64,000 bases of DNA from Octopus sinensis (lineage: Eukaryota). The notes under the pieces are model-generated. The model worked only from the letters and a program-made list of their open reading frames with translations. It was not told where the DNA came from and ran no database searches. This document shows positions 35,966 through 50,672 of this stretch, in pieces. The DNA is taken from positions 34,410,001-34,474,000 of the forward strand of contig NC_043015.1 in assembly GCF_006345805.1 (NCBI RefSeq), given 5' to 3'. The position numbers and the translations under genes are program-made. Each line of letters starts with the position of its first letter. Position 1 is the stretch's first letter.

Positions 35966-38290
35966 AAGTATACATGCATAAAATCATACAAGTTTGCATA
36001 AATCAAAGCCATGCATGTATGCACACATCACATTATGCATGTGTGCAAACATGCATATTCTACCTGCTTTTAGTAGGCCTATTAGTTTTTTCAAATGGTT
36101 TTGATTTTGATATAAACATAAACCATTTAATTATACACACACACAAGAATGCTGATACTGGTTTAGACATCCAGTCTCCACAGACACAAAAAATTCATTG
36201 ATAAACCAAATTATTAGATCCGTGCAACAAATGATAAATGAGTACATTTTAGATTTGACAAAACAAAACTTTAAAAATTCAGTGGAATATTTCAAAGTTT
36301 TCATTTCCAGTCATTCATTTCCAGTTAATATTCATTTTCTGCTTCATTTCAAAATTATCTCATTTGACATCTTTAATGAATTAAAAATGAACATTAATGG
36401 TTCTGTAGAAAATTATCATCTATGATGTTCTATGGTAGACGACTAGAGTGAAAGAATGAGATGTCAAAAGAAAACATCTAATAATAATAAGTTTGTATTG
36501 GTCTGTTGCTGAATTGTGAAGTGTTTGATTAAAATTTGAAATTGAATTCAGACCATTCTCTGTAATTAGGACGTTTAGGATAAAGGAATTGAAAAAGACA
36601 GCCTAATTCTCTATAAAATAGTAGAAATGTATTAAATAACCACCAATATTTTTATTGCTTGTAATCGGTAACTGAAATTAAAAACAAAAAAAAACCCAAC
36701 TGATAAGTAAATTTTCATAAATATGAAATTAAAATTGAATGGTTAAAAGAAAATATTCCTTGAAATCTTAAATCAATATTTGCTATAGATAAAAGGATGA
36801 GTGATGGGTTTTAAAATACGCCTTCTATTGAGATAGGTGTTAAAGAATCTGTTGGAACCAGGGCTCACTTAATATTCAAGAGTCAAAATTTGTTGCCAGA
36901 AAAGAAGCTATTACATCTGGCTCAAGAGAGAGAGGGCAAGTGGTACAACAGCAAGAACAAGCAATGAGGATGGTACAAGCAATGAGGATGGTACAAGCAT
37001 CTATCCCAGAGTTGCAACATCTGACGAACTCAACAAACTTTATGCCGTTGTGTGGGCGTTTTGTTGCCTACATCAGTGGGTGACCCTGAGCAGCTTTGGT
37101 ATCACTGAGGAAGGGACCAAAATACTTGCATAGCTACTTTGCCATGTAATGAGACATCAGCTCCTGCATTCATTCACAAAGTACAGTGATACACTCAGGA
37201 CACAAATATATTCTGAATTTTGCCAGAAGAGCCAAACCTAAAGCTTTTATAGACACGATAGTGTAATGAAGAATTTCACTTGTTAATAAATTGGATCCAA
37301 ATTCGATCCTACAGCATGGTACTTTGTGAAAGAGTCTTTTACCATTGTTTTGGTTGTCCAAAGAATGGAGAATGAAAATTGATTGACAGAAACCATTTGG
37401 AAACTTGTTGGAAGTTCTCTTTCTATTCTTGAGTGATATCATTTAATGCTCAGTTTAACATAGATGCCTGGTCCTTTTAGTATCAAGTCATCTGAGACTC
37501 CACTCCATTCTAAATTAAAACCTTCCATCAAAATTCAACATTAATTTATATCCTAAGCATCAGCTTAATAATGACAGTTATTTTACGAAACTTTTCATTA
37601 TTTTCAAAATTAATTCAAACAGAAATTTGGTAACAAATGAGTGAATGGCATCCACTCTGTTGCAAGTATTTAGACCAGATCTGTAGTCTTATATGCTGTG
37701 ATCAGCACTGGATTAACCATTACACAAAATAAGCAGATGCTGAGGGCATCGAGGGAAGTGGGGCACCAAAGAAAGGATAAACTTTCTAAAATAATAAAGT
37801 GGTTTATATGATTGGAAATATAATTTTGAAGTGTTCATGGAGTCATAGTGAGGATCTTCTGATCAAAGACTTTGCATTTACAAAAGGTACAAAACTTTTC
37901 AAATATAAATAAAGTAGAAGGAAGTATACAAAAATAAACATCATACTGTTAATTTTGTTTCATTAAGAAAAATAAAATTTTATTTCTTGGTTTATTATTG
38001 TTTATATTTTGAATTACATATATATTAGAGCACCAAAATCTTTTAAGTGCTTAGGGCCTCTATAGGTCTTAATCTACTCTTGGCTGGGCCCTACTCTTCA
38101 TTCTCCTGTGACTAACTCATTAAAAGTATATACATCTGTAGATCTGTATAACAATATACTTGTCATATAGTTATTTACATTTGTAGATGTATATGAAGAA
38201 TTAGCTTTTATATAGTTATATATGGCTATAGATACATACATAACAATATAACTTTTATAGCCATGTACAGTTGCAGATGTACATAAGAAT

Positions 38291-39538
38291 CAAACCTGGG
38301 CACTAAATCATTAATGCGTTAATCATTAATGAAGGAAGTTAACATTTTCGTTTTTTAAGTTAACTTGGAAATCATTAACAAACTAATTAACTTCCGTTAC
38401 ATTTAACTTCCATTAACTCAAGTTGCTGTGACGATCTTTAGGCTCAAGGACTTGAAGTCCAAGGGCCTCTTCTACTGCAGCCCCTTGGTCAATGCACTTC
38501 TGGCAGGCATTGACAAAAGGTTTAGGACCCTCCTGGAGGATGCTGAATGTCAGCTGGCTGCTGCCTTCCATCACAGGTTTCACCTCATCTGGTTGGATAG
38601 ATATGACAAGTCACCAATGTCACCAAGGTGAAGAAAAGCATGGAGGGTAAGGTCAAGGAGGCCCCTAGGCTGCAGTGGGACAAAGAGAGCAGCAACAATG
38701 AAGAGGAGGTGGATGACTTCTTCAGTGGTGTCACTCAGCCAAAAGAGGGCAGCAGGAGCAACAAGTCACTCAAGGACAAGGCCCAGAAATTGGTCAAGAC
38801 CTGGTTGGAGACCAACTCCAGGGACTTGCTGACAGATGCTGCCTTCTTGGGTGAGCAAGTGTCGTTGGACTTGTTCATCAAGTTCAACACAGCCATCCCC
38901 CTCCAGTGATGCAATTGAGTGTTTGTTCTCTGTGGGCAAGTACGTGGTGAGGGCCAAGAGATCATCCCTGTTTGATGAAAACTTTGACATGCTAATTTTC
39001 ATAAAGGGCAACAAAATGGAGAATGAGGAGAATAGGTAAAATCAAATTATGTATATTTCATGTTTTTCATTTTTTAATTTTTATTTTTTTACAGATACTT
39101 TATCAATTTAGTTTAATGCTAATATTGTGTTTCACATGAGGTTTTTTTTTTACCTTTTGCTGGCTCTAAAAGCCTTTAAAAACCTAAAAGAAAAAGACCA
39201 AAATGATGAAATCAGCCATTTTTAGGTCTTTTAAAAGTTAAAACTATAAAATCATATTTTAACTCTAGTTTTTGGATTCTAAAACTCTTAAAAGGGCTAA
39301 AAATAAAGGCTGATATTATGGCTTTGATATTTTTCAAATGTGTTTTTATGTGGGTTTTAGAGAAAAAAATACTGATTTTGTTGTTTTTTCTATAATAAAA
39401 ATTAACGTTAACAGTTTATCAATAACTTCCTTTACATTTTTAAAGAATTAACTGATTAACGGTAATCAGAGTTAGGTTTTTGGTTAACGGATTAATGGTT
39501 AACAAAGTTAACTTTTCAATTAACGGTGCCTGCCTTTG
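38291..39538 (+). mobile_element. Internally deleted hAT transposon with 8-bp TSD
   Basis: TSD ATAAGAAT at 38283-38290 and 39539-39546; degenerate TIRs CAAA..GGCAC; TTAAC-rich subtermini; transposase C-terminus ...LFIKFNTAIP / SSDAIECLFSVGKYVVRAKRSSLFDENFDMLIFIKGN (hAT dimerisation domain). Confidence 0.92.
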
Positions 39539-42090
39539 ATAAGAATATAGCTTTTATGTATTCATTTTATACCTTCATTTCCAAATTTTGGTGGTGAAAA
39601 CCTGAGCAAGTTTCCCACAGTAGAGAAATTGGTTGTTTTATCGATCTGTATTGTTATATGATAATTTGAATGATATTAAACCTTACCAATGTAGGTATAA
39701 TGGCTACAGAGACATTTTCAGGCTTTTAAATCTCTCCCCTCTCTCTCTCCCCTCTCTCTCCATTCCTCTCCCTTCCTCATGTACTTACCTACATACTGTT
39801 TTATAATTGTTGTTTCACATTAGTGTCAGTAGCATGTGTGTAAAAATGTATGTTAACAGTTGTGTATCGTTCGAGAGAAATGAGTTTATTAGAAGAGGAT
39901 CTCATTTTCTGCTGCTTAGAATTTAACTTTGATATGGAAATAAAGCAAGACGTTAACCAGACATATTGCAATAAATAGAGTTGTCAGATTTATATAACTA
40001 CATCTGTTATTTCTCTTGCTGTACACAGTATTGAGGATAATGAAGAAGCTAAAAATGCATTCACTGTTTCCATCAGAATGCACATTGAAGTGACTGTTTG
40101 TGTTTTTTAGTACCGAGTACCTAAAAGCAAGAATTCTTCTCTGTGGCAAACACGACCTTTGCTCAGGTCAAATATGTCTGAAACATATTTTGACTGACTG
40201 AAAAGTTCATTTATTCATAACATTGCTTTCACATGCCTACAGCAACGTGTGTGTGTAGCTAGATAAATAGACTGACAGACAGACAGACAGATAGATAGAT
40301 AGACAGACAGACATACTCATCAATATATGTGTGTGTATATGTTTATAATTAATTAATAACAAGTTGATTTAGTGCCACATTACTTCAAGTTTCCTGCATC
40401 ATCAAATGTACAATGTCAGAATAGAAACAATTTAAAAGAAATCGAAAAATCGCTTCTAGGTGGAAATATTTATACCTCCATTGATCAGTTCAAGTTACAA
40501 AGGTACTTCAGCTTGTTAGCAACACCAGTTTTTTTCCATTATATGCTTCATGTGATAGGCAGACAGGATAATGGCCTTCTGTAAGGTATCTGTTTTAAAT
40601 TTAGAGCCCTCTGAGTTCAAATCTCTGTTCCATCAAGGAAAACCAAGTCAGAATGTTCTAAATACTTTTTTTTTCATAGATAATTCAACAATTACTGGTT
40701 TAACTAAATGAAGAGGTATGGACAACTTAAATAATTTACTGACTTCAATTAAATTTCTTATTTCTCATTGGAATCTCAATGCAGCTTTGAAACTGTTGAC
40801 TGTTTACAACTGAAAAAATAACATGTTGTCAATGTGTACCTTGTGAGTACATCTGTGTGTGTGTATGTGTGTGTGTGTGTGTGATTTTGTGTTTGTCTAT
40901 GAGTGTATGTTTAGAGGCTCTGTGTAATCACATTACGCTGACAAATGTGACTGTTCTATTCTAACTACTCCACTTGTTTGTTAGTTAAGATGTTTTTCGT
41001 TATCATATTTGAAATTAGCACTTTTATCATAATATCATCATCATCATCACCACCGTCGTCATTGTCTTCATTATCATCATCATCATCAATGTCATCATTA
41101 AAATCAATGCAATTGTTGCTTCACTATCCTCATCATTATTTTCTCGTTGCCAGTATTAAATACCATTTTCCTTTAATGTTCTTCTCTCCATTCAAGTGTT
41201 TTATGTTACAGTTTTTACTTTATATTTTCCAAACAAAAGGTTTGAAAAATATAAAGAATTCATTTTCATCATTGTTATTTATGAACGACAAATAAACAGT
41301 TTTCTCTTTACATTACTTAAAATTGTCTTGAGAAGTTTCGGTTTGCTTTTTTTCTGGAATAGAAGCTTTTAATTAGTGAGTTTGATTAAATTTATCAAGA
41401 ACTCTTTAGAACTTGGCAGTTCTGTGACTGTTCTTAATGCTGTACAATACCAGCTCATTAGGATTGCTCAAAGTAAATTAGGAGTAACTGAAATAATGCC
41501 ATTCAGCCAATAGGGAGCATTGTTAATATCAGTATTTAGAAGTACAACAGTTCTCTAATCAATAATGTACTGGAATCAGTGTGGTAGAGAGTTCAATCCC
41601 TGTTAACATCTGGAATTTTTGTCCTATTTTAAGGAGGTGAAATTTTTTTTTAAATATTGTGTGAACCACCAAGGCAGAGTGGTTAATCTAATAGATGTGG
41701 AGCTAGTGTCTGTGTGTTCAAACCCCATCAGTAGCTTTGTGCACTTAGTTATTGACATATTACATTATCAGAAGGTAAAAAAAAGTAAGAATTCTTGAAA
41801 TTTTACAGTTGAATTGGTGACATAAAGGAGCATTCTTTGATTAGCTCTCAAGGATCAGGAATGATGATGTATTGAATATTGATCTGAAGACGTATTTTTG
41901 AACAAACTTATTCCTTTAGAATTATTCTAATGAGGATTATGAATCTTTATTGCAGTTTTCAAATAAGGAAATGGCCATGAACTGGTGGCTGTTTTCTTGA
42001 AGGTTTTCTATTATTTTTCCTGCCCAAAGGAATTCCTTCAAGTCACCAAAACACACATTGTTAATCTGGGGGTTGCAATCCTGTTTGTGA

Positions 42091-42258
42091 CTCTTACTCT
42101 TACTCTTTTACTTGCTTATTCTTTGTAAGCCTAGTAATTATTCTATCGGTCTCTTTTGCCAAACCGCTAAGTTACAGAGACGTAAACACACCAGCATCGG
42201 TTGTCAAGCGATCTTGGGGGAACAAACACAGGCACACAAACACACACACATATATATA

Positions 42259-42297
<39 letters not shown>

Positions 42298-42487
42298 TAT
42301 AGATATACACATATACATATATACGATGGGCTTCTTTCAGTTTCCATCTACCAAATCCACTCACAAGGCTTTGGTCGGCCTGAGGCTATAGTAGAAAACA
42401 CTTGCTGAAGGTGCCACGCAGTGGGACTGAACCTCGAACCATGTAGTTGGTAAGCAAGCTACTTACCACACAGCCACTCCTGCGCCT
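42091..42487 (-). mobile_element. SINE family B, full length
   Basis: Minus strand starts AGGCGCAGGAGTGGCTGTGTGGTAAG, has a GGTTCAGTCCC B-box-like motif and a (GAGTAA)-type tail. Confidence 0.9.
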
Positions 42488-45400
42488 GTTCACAGCCACC
42501 GTAAAATATCTGCTTTGTCTTGAGAAACTTTACTTCTATGAATGTAGGTTTGCTGGACCTGTGTGAATTTCTCATTTGTAATATGGCTTTGCCAGTATTC
42601 CAAATAACTCACCAGAAGCTGTCACGAACAGCCATGACACAAGTTCACAATATGATTCTAGCTTTAAAAGTCAATAACACTGAAATATTTACTCAAACTT
42701 TCATCTTTAGAAATATGTTAGTAGGATAAGCTTTCAGATTAAAGTTTCTAATCCCTTTTTATTTTAATTCTTTCATAAAATGAAATAAAAAACAAAATTT
42801 AATTACCATTTAATATCATTAAAAAAAAGCCTGTTTAGTTTGTAATATGTAAAATCATTTTTAAACTTTAGCTTTTATCTTTTTATTCAATATCATATAT
42901 GAGGTTGTGTTGTTGTCACTAATCTACATTTACCAGAAGAGAATATATGAGTTCACTTTGTAAATGTTACACAACACTACATTTCTATTACATGTTTGTA
43001 CTGCATCAGTAACTTTGCATCACAAAATCTGTAATTTAAATATTTCTTATCTTAACATCGATGCCATCATATTTAACATTCTCCTTCTCCTTCTTATATG
43101 TAACATTCCAAACATCACTAATAGGCTCATAATTCCTTAAAATTGGCCAATATATACATAAGATCAATTTGTACGATATAACATGTAGAGAACAAGTTGG
43201 GAAGTATAAAAATTATTAATACTTTCATAATAGAAAGAACTTATCTAGAAAATTGGATTTTTATGTTTGCTGTTTTATGAAATATATTTTCTACTTTTTA
43301 TCCATGCATGATGCTGATACTTCTGGTTCTGAAAGAGATTGCCAAACATGACAGACATTTATTATGCACTGCTGTTCTCTGACAATATTAAAGGATTTTT
43401 GTTTTGTTTTTTAGTTTTTATTTTGTAGGTCTTGAGTGAGGAGCAAAACTTCCCATATTTTCAGGCCCTCACATATTCACTCAGGTGGGATTGAGGTAAT
43501 TAATCTTTAACTTGATCTTCAGTAGGTGATTTTAAAGAAAATATAGTTGGTGGGGAGAGGATTGCCAGTGGAATGCATTTTTAGGGGGAAGGGTTGTGAA
43601 AAGTTTTTAGGGAAGGGTTTGGGATTACAAGAGGGCAGAAAAATGTGTTGGTTGGCTGTGAGAAATGTAGATATTATTGCTGTGAAACGGAACAAAAACA
43701 TGTAAATAATATAGACATAGTAGAAGATGTATGTATAAAATAGCTGCAGGTTTAGGTTTTGGATGTATAGAGCGGCTGTTGGTGTATATTGTGAACTGAT
43801 GCTGTGCTATGCTGTATAATGATTGTGTCTTTGTACTGTCAAAGAGAGTTTAGTTGTTGTTATTGTCATTTAGCCCCAGATAAACCCTCATCTAGCAGGG
43901 CTATGATCAAATGCATCCCAACCATGGCCTTTCCATCATTTTGTTTTCTGGTAGTGTGCATCTAGGATTCCATTTTTCAGTGTGTTCTTGAGAGATCTGG
44001 TTGCTTTTACTAGTAGTTTGAACAGCTTTGAAGAGGGTTACTCTTTGGTTAGCTCGATGGACAATGTGTGTGTTGTATGGGAGTGCAGCATTCATACATA
44101 TATATATGTAACTACACACATGCTGTTGGTGATTTTTGTCCATTCTTTGCACTTCAAAAACTCTCTCTTCTTATCGAGTGTCAAACTAATACATCCCCCA
44201 TGTGCATGTCCTCTTGTTGCTTGTTATTATTGCTATATTTAATGGTCATTCTTTCGATTTGACTATGTATGTATGTGTGTGTGTGTGCATGTATGTATGT
44301 ATGTGGGGGCGGATTACAACTAGAAATACATTACAAAAGAAAACAGAACAGAAAATATGAATGATGAGAAATTTAGGATTTGATACAACTTGTGTGGAAA
44401 CGGTGATCACTGTATTGTAAAATTATGGCATCAGCAAAGATATTTGCTATTGGAATTTCTTAGAACTGCCTCATTTATCTGTTAAGCAATTCTATTTTGA
44501 AGATAAAATAACATCTGAAAAATAAATAGTAAAAAATACTTGCAACAGATTTGAAAGCTGTGTTCTCTATTGTACAAAATTCAGGCAAGAGAACCATTAC
44601 TCATTGCTGCTGTATGGAGACAAAAATGTGGATCTATTCTTGCATGAACTAAACACAAAATAATTGTATCTATTGCTAAAAACACCAAAGTTTGATGTAA
44701 AACCATTTAATGAAGGCAAAATCATAAGGGAGTCTGGATACAAGGTGGACAAAGTTTGTGGACACAAAAGAAAAAAGAATCACTTTGCATATATATCAAC
44801 AAATATTGATATAACATTGTTTATATTTCGTTTCTGACCAATGCTATCATTAAGGAAACGATCTGACAATTTTACTTTTAACTATTTGTCTGTCAGTCAT
44901 ATAATAAGTGCAATGTCAACGTATATCTGTCACTTTACACTTAACATCAAAGCAAAACACTTCTATACACTGATAACAATTCCTCACATTAAGCCAGAGT
45001 GGTGTAGTAGTCGTAGTAGTAGTAGTCTAGTTGATTGAGATAATACTACAGCCTACTATTTCAAGGCTAAACAATTATGACAACCGTGGTAAGAATTGAA
45101 CTCAGAATGTAAATGGCTGTAACTAAAGTATTTATTTCTACTCTTTAACATTTCTACCATCTCAGTATCCTTTTGGATGTTGTAATGAAATGTTTCAAGG
45201 TAAAAAAAAAATAACTTTGTTAGTCAGATGACATCAAGAATTTATTAATGTGTTTTTGAAGGTTGTACACTAGCTACAGTTGGATGTTGATAAGCAGATA
45301 AACTGGGAGTATTTTGTATGGGTAACTAATTGTTTCTGATAGCTGATTTGATCAGAAACAAAGGAATCCATTCTGAACATAATTGCATGAAAAAAAAAGC

Positions 45401-47689
45401 CTGTTTACAGACGTCTTATGCCATTAAATCAGTAAAATGCTTTACTTTTCTGCAATACCATTCCACCATGTTCCAGATGCTGTAAAATCTCACATTTTGG
45501 TTCAATTGTCAGTGGTATTCACTTTCTCTTCGTTGACATGGTAACATCAACAAATTCAATTACTTGTAACAAAGACATATCAGGAACAGAGTTGCAGAAA
45601 GAACGAAGACCATTCTGTGTCGTTTGCCATACTTTTAACTCTTTCAGCATGACAGTCTTTTTTTTTTTTAATATATTAAAATTATTTCAACACTGTTTAA
45701 AGGAATTGGCTGAAATCTAGCATAGCAGCCAACTTGAGGTGCTTTTGAAAGAAAAGATGTGATTGCCACACCAGTGTCTGAACCACCACCTTGATGTAAC
45801 TTTTTAAAATCATCATCACCATCGTCATCTTTGTTGTTGAGCTGATGGTCATTGTCTACATAGTTATTATCATCATAACCATTGTCCTCATTAAATATCT
45901 GATCATTGTGCTGACACAGATTGGACGAACCATCACAGTCCGATTCAGCTCTTACTCAAGAGTTATTGTCCTCATGTTCTTCAGCAATTCAAACTCTTTT
46001 AATCATTACAAACAAAAATATAATTGGAAGCATCATTATTATTTTCAAGTTTGTGTGACGTACAATACGGCTAATTAAATATTCACAGAACTTTGAGACA
46101 ATGTTTGGGTCATTTGGAATATCATGTAATTGATATTCGGTTAACAGGAGGATAAGTAAGGTTTCTAAAATTCAATGTGGCCAATAATCCATTACAGGGA
46201 CTTTCTTGTAAGAAAAACCATTAAAACTTTTTTAACATCCCATTATTCAAAAAGCATCCAAATTATTTCATTATTGAAGTTAACACTGACATATTTAATG
46301 AATAAATCATGGTGAAGAAAAAACACCAATCCTGCACTTGTATAGCTTAGATTATTTTGGAAAATATGGCAGACAACTCAGAACATTTTCAGCCTTATTA
46401 GACCTCATCAACAAAACAAATGCTTCACTATATTTACTGAAGAAATGGTGATAGAATTACTAAATGCACAATGATTGTATCTTAGTTCACAGTCCTCTTA
46501 TCATATATATATGTGTGTGTGTGTGTATAAAGTCACATTGTATAAATAAAGATGTCACACTTACCTATACGTATAGATACACATATATATACCTATATAG
46601 CTACCTTCATGAAGAATACCAAAGCATTCACGCATGCACACATACACACACACGCACACACACACATCCATTCACCTTTTCTTCTATTATGAATAAGTGG
46701 ATGGAGAATAAATTCTTACCACAATAAAGAGCTGAGATCTACTTAAATAAATGGTAATGGTGGTAGTGACAGTAGTGAGGGTGGTGGAGTTGGTGGTATT
46801 GTTTTGGTGGGGGTGGGGCTCTGCTCCTTTGTTGAAGATGTTAAAATACAACCAAAAGAAATGGGGTAAACAAAAGAAATTATCAAGATGAAAGTATTTA
46901 AATAGAAACACAATAAAGAACTTTTGTTTCAGGTTTGGAAAATACACTAAAAGCAATGATTCTGATGATGTATCAGTTTACACAAATGTCTGTGTCCATG
47001 GAAGTTTGGTCCCAAAAATATATCCCTCTAATAATTTAATCTGGTACACTGGTATTATATTTAATTATAGTCCAAAAATAATTCTTGAATGTCTGCTTAC
47101 TGGTAATCCATAGTATCCACTGTGAAATTGTAATTTTTGACTTGGCAGTCTGGAACCTGAGAGCCATAAATCAGCCAGTGACTGCGTTTCACTGGACCCA
47201 GACATGGAAAACCACTTCTGTTTGTGCATTCTGGAATATGAGAAGAAGTTTATATATTGTTGTTCTCAGGAGAGCAAGTCACTAGAAGTTCATCAAAATT
47301 CTAATTAATGAACCAGTTTTTAATTGAAAAGCATAGATTACTCATGTAGCATAGAAATATTATTTCTATGCAATATTGACTATAACACATGATGCCCAGT
47401 ATAATTACTGATTTCAGCCGGCCAGAGTGACAAGAATGCAGTCTCCATATTGCTCTTGAAACATATTGGCCAAAATATTCAATCCAATCTGCTTTTCATT
47501 TGCTTCTGCTTGACTCACTGTCACACGTTTCCTATTCTTTTACAATTGTATAATATCTACATATCTTCCAGGTTTCACCCATTGTCTAGTCCATGTACTA
47601 TCTCTGTCAAAGAGTTACACACTGTTTATTTCATATGACTGCTCTTACTCTATCAAACAGTTCCTATATATCCTATCCTACCTGTAGCC

Positions 47690-48150
47690 TGTGCAGTCAT
47701 TGGGATGTTTATCGATGATGATGTACCAGATTTCACCACTTCTTTTGGTCTTCTGCTGCCCTCTGTAAGTCAGCAAAATTGTGGTCTGCCCACTTTTTGA
47801 TGTTACAAGACCATTTTTTTCCTTGATTTGCCTTACTTTTGTTCACCTTCCACTGTTAACTGAAGGACTGTCTCTGATTGGTCAAAGCTTCTTGTAACAT
47901 GACCCTACCATTTCTTGTAACATGACCCTACCATTTCAGCTTACTTGTCTTCACAATTGTCAGCATATCCTTGTGTGGTTCAATAGCCTAGGTTATTCTC
48001 ATCCTCACTTCATTATTCATCATGTGTTCTTTGTATGAGATCTAGCAGCTGTTTGTAGAGTCTTATTTTTATTGCATTTACCTTTTTTTTTTATTAATGT
48101 CCAAGCCTCACAGGTATTTAGAAAAACAGAAATCACAAAATGATCTCATA
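47690..48150 (-). mobile_element. Degenerate RTE LINE 3' end
   Basis: KLKW*GHVTR (duplicated by a 23-bp tandem repeat at 47891)...VLQLTVEGEQK*GKSR...NIKKW. Confidence 0.7.
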
Positions 48151-48239
48151 AGTTATCCATTTTTATTCCATATTGCTGGACTAACTCCATCAAACAGCTC
48201 CTGGCTGTCATCTATTCAATCATCATCATGACTTAGTTT

Positions 48240-48710
48240 CATGAGTAAAGATTGACAGAGGGGAACGTCCACATCTGCTGCGGGGCTCCCTGATTTGGAT
48301 CAAACAGGCATGACCGCAGGGGTTGCATGTGAAGGTGGGCTGATCAGGGCTGGTTGTTATGTCCCTGATCTTCCTCTTCTCTCTCTCTCTCTCTCTTCTG
48401 GTCCCGTGGGTGTCTTCAAAGGTGGCTGTTGCTGGGTGGACAGTGAGACATTAGGCTTTATAGTCTGCAGCCAGAACAGACCACTGGAGACAAAGAATTT
48501 AAGGTGTCCTTATACTTCTTCTTTGGAGCTCCTCAGTCATGTGACCAGAGGAGAGTTCAGACCATATAGTATGACCTTGGGAAGTTAATGGTCCTCCATC
48601 CTGGTAACATGTCCTGCCCAGTATAGCTATGTCTTCAGCAGAGTTGCTTCTATACTGATGACCTCCGTCTACTCTAGGACTTTCATGCTGAAGTAACTCA
48701 ATCATTCAGC
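48240..48710 (-). mobile_element. Degenerate RTE LINE 3' end, a different subfamily
   Basis: LYWAGHVTRMEDH*LPKVILYG...APKKKYKDTL across frameshifts. Confidence 0.75.
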
Positions 48711-50594
48711 TACCCTCTGTTCATGTAATATTAACCGTATCAAATAATTATATTATGAAATTAAGAGAATTCAATAAGTAAATGCTTGAAATATTTAAGA
48801 AATTTGGATTTGATGAGGAAAGTAAAATATTTGAACAAAGTTTTACTATTAACAAACACATAGCAATAATTAATTCATAATATTTAGAACTAAACAAGAA
48901 AGTGAAATATTATTTTGGTGGTGAAATAATTTACTCACAGGTACAAGTTAGTAACTGGGGATTGAATAAATTTCACTGTTGATGGTGCCGGGTATTGTGC
49001 ACAACTGAAATAACCCCAACATCAAGCTAAAGAAGGAGGAAATGTGTTCATTTACTAAATTACTAAAACATTTCAGTTGAGTTCATGTGAGAAACTAATA
49101 TAACCTGAACATGTTGTATTCAATTACAGGTATTGTATAAAACAACAACATTGACAAACATGTAAAAGCAACAACATTAAATACTGTCCACAGCTAAAAT
49201 AGGTTGAAACCGTTTGTGTTTTCCTGGTTTTTATAAGTGGTTTTTGTTTTGTTTTTTCTTATAACTGAAGGAAATGTAATAACAAAGCTTATCAATAATG
49301 TGGAATACTGGCAGATTAAGGTGTTTGATTAATGTTAATTGGAATAACAGTTATTGTTGCTCTTTAGCCCTAGGTAGGACCTGGTTGTACAGACTTATGG
49401 TCAAAAACAACCAAGTTGAGCCAATTCCATTTGTTTGTAAATCTAAGACTACATTGGCTGTCATTTCTTTTTCAGACAATTAACTGGAAATGAGTAAATT
49501 TGGTTGCTGTTTTTTGTAGATTGAGTAACTGTTTAGAGATTTCCTTGTTGCCTTCTGTTAAGTTGGACAGTGTTGTTCTCAGTTATAACAGTTTGGACGT
49601 AAGACTATTGAAAGTATTTCTCAGAAAGAATAGTCTGGAAAGTTGTTATGGAATCAGGCTCAGAATACTTTAAACCCCACAGAAGTTTCAACTCCAGAAA
49701 AACATTCCTTTACTCTAAATGAAGCAGTCTTAAGATCTTCTCCTCTACTATTAAGACACTATAAAGCCATGATTATAGTAGCCATAGATCATCTTAATTT
49801 ATCTGATGTAGGAGTGAAGGCAACATGTCTTAGCTGCGTCAATCTATCTGATGTCCATTAGTAGCATGTTATCAGAGATATCTTTCTGGATCACTAAAAT
49901 ATAATCATTTAACACTTCAAAGAGTTTCTCTCTCTCTCTTTCTCTCTATCATCAATATATAACATGTGCTTGGATGATGCTGCACATTTTCACTCATCTT
50001 CTGCCAATCCTTGTTTCTCTGGACTTCTTCCAAACTAAAAATGAAAATGTCCATTCTTCTTATTTTCAGAAATCTTGGCATTTTAACTGACAGGAGTTTA
50101 TAATTAATGAAATAGTTTTTCACATTGTTACGAAAGTTGCTTCATTTCTAACTTATTTGCAACACATTGGCTAGTCTCATGATAATAATTTGGTTTTTGG
50201 TTTTCACTTAAAAATTTATGTTTCTCTGACATTTTCGGTTTGTTATATAGTCCTCTGCCCACCTCAGATACAAAAGACATTACCAGTGTAAAGATGTTCC
50301 AATGCAATGTTGAATGAGAAGTGAAGAAAGGTCAGACAAAAAGAAATGCTCTCAATGGATCTACTTTTCTAATGTAAAAAGCATTATCTAATAATTGCTT
50401 AGTAATTGTCATAGAATTATTTTGATATTAAATGGTTTATAGACCTTAAAAGTTAGTTGCAGTCAATGCTTTTCATTGGTGGCATTACTGTTGTTGTTTT
50501 AAAGATCAGTTTTCTAACTTGTATAAATTTGGCTCAGCTGCTGTACAGTCTCAGTTAAACTTATGTCTCCTACCTCTCCTGCCTCTTTGCTCCC

Positions 50595-50672
50595 TTTTCA
50601 TAGCCTCATCACTCATTCCCCTTTCATAGCCTCATCACTCATTCCCCTTTCATAGCCTCATCACTCATTCCC
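50595..50672. repeat. Tandem repeat, 26 bp x 3
   Basis: CTTTCATAGCCTCATCACTCATTCCC. Confidence 0.95.

Noticed and set aside
36880-37130. Short open frames with an 18-bp tandem duplication (AAGCAATGAGGATGGTAC)
   Set aside because: No recognisable domain or splice context; probably a decayed repeat.
43429-43495. Exon-like segment with a good acceptor and GAG|GTAATT donor
   Set aside because: All three frames contain a stop codon; could be non-coding but is unsupported.
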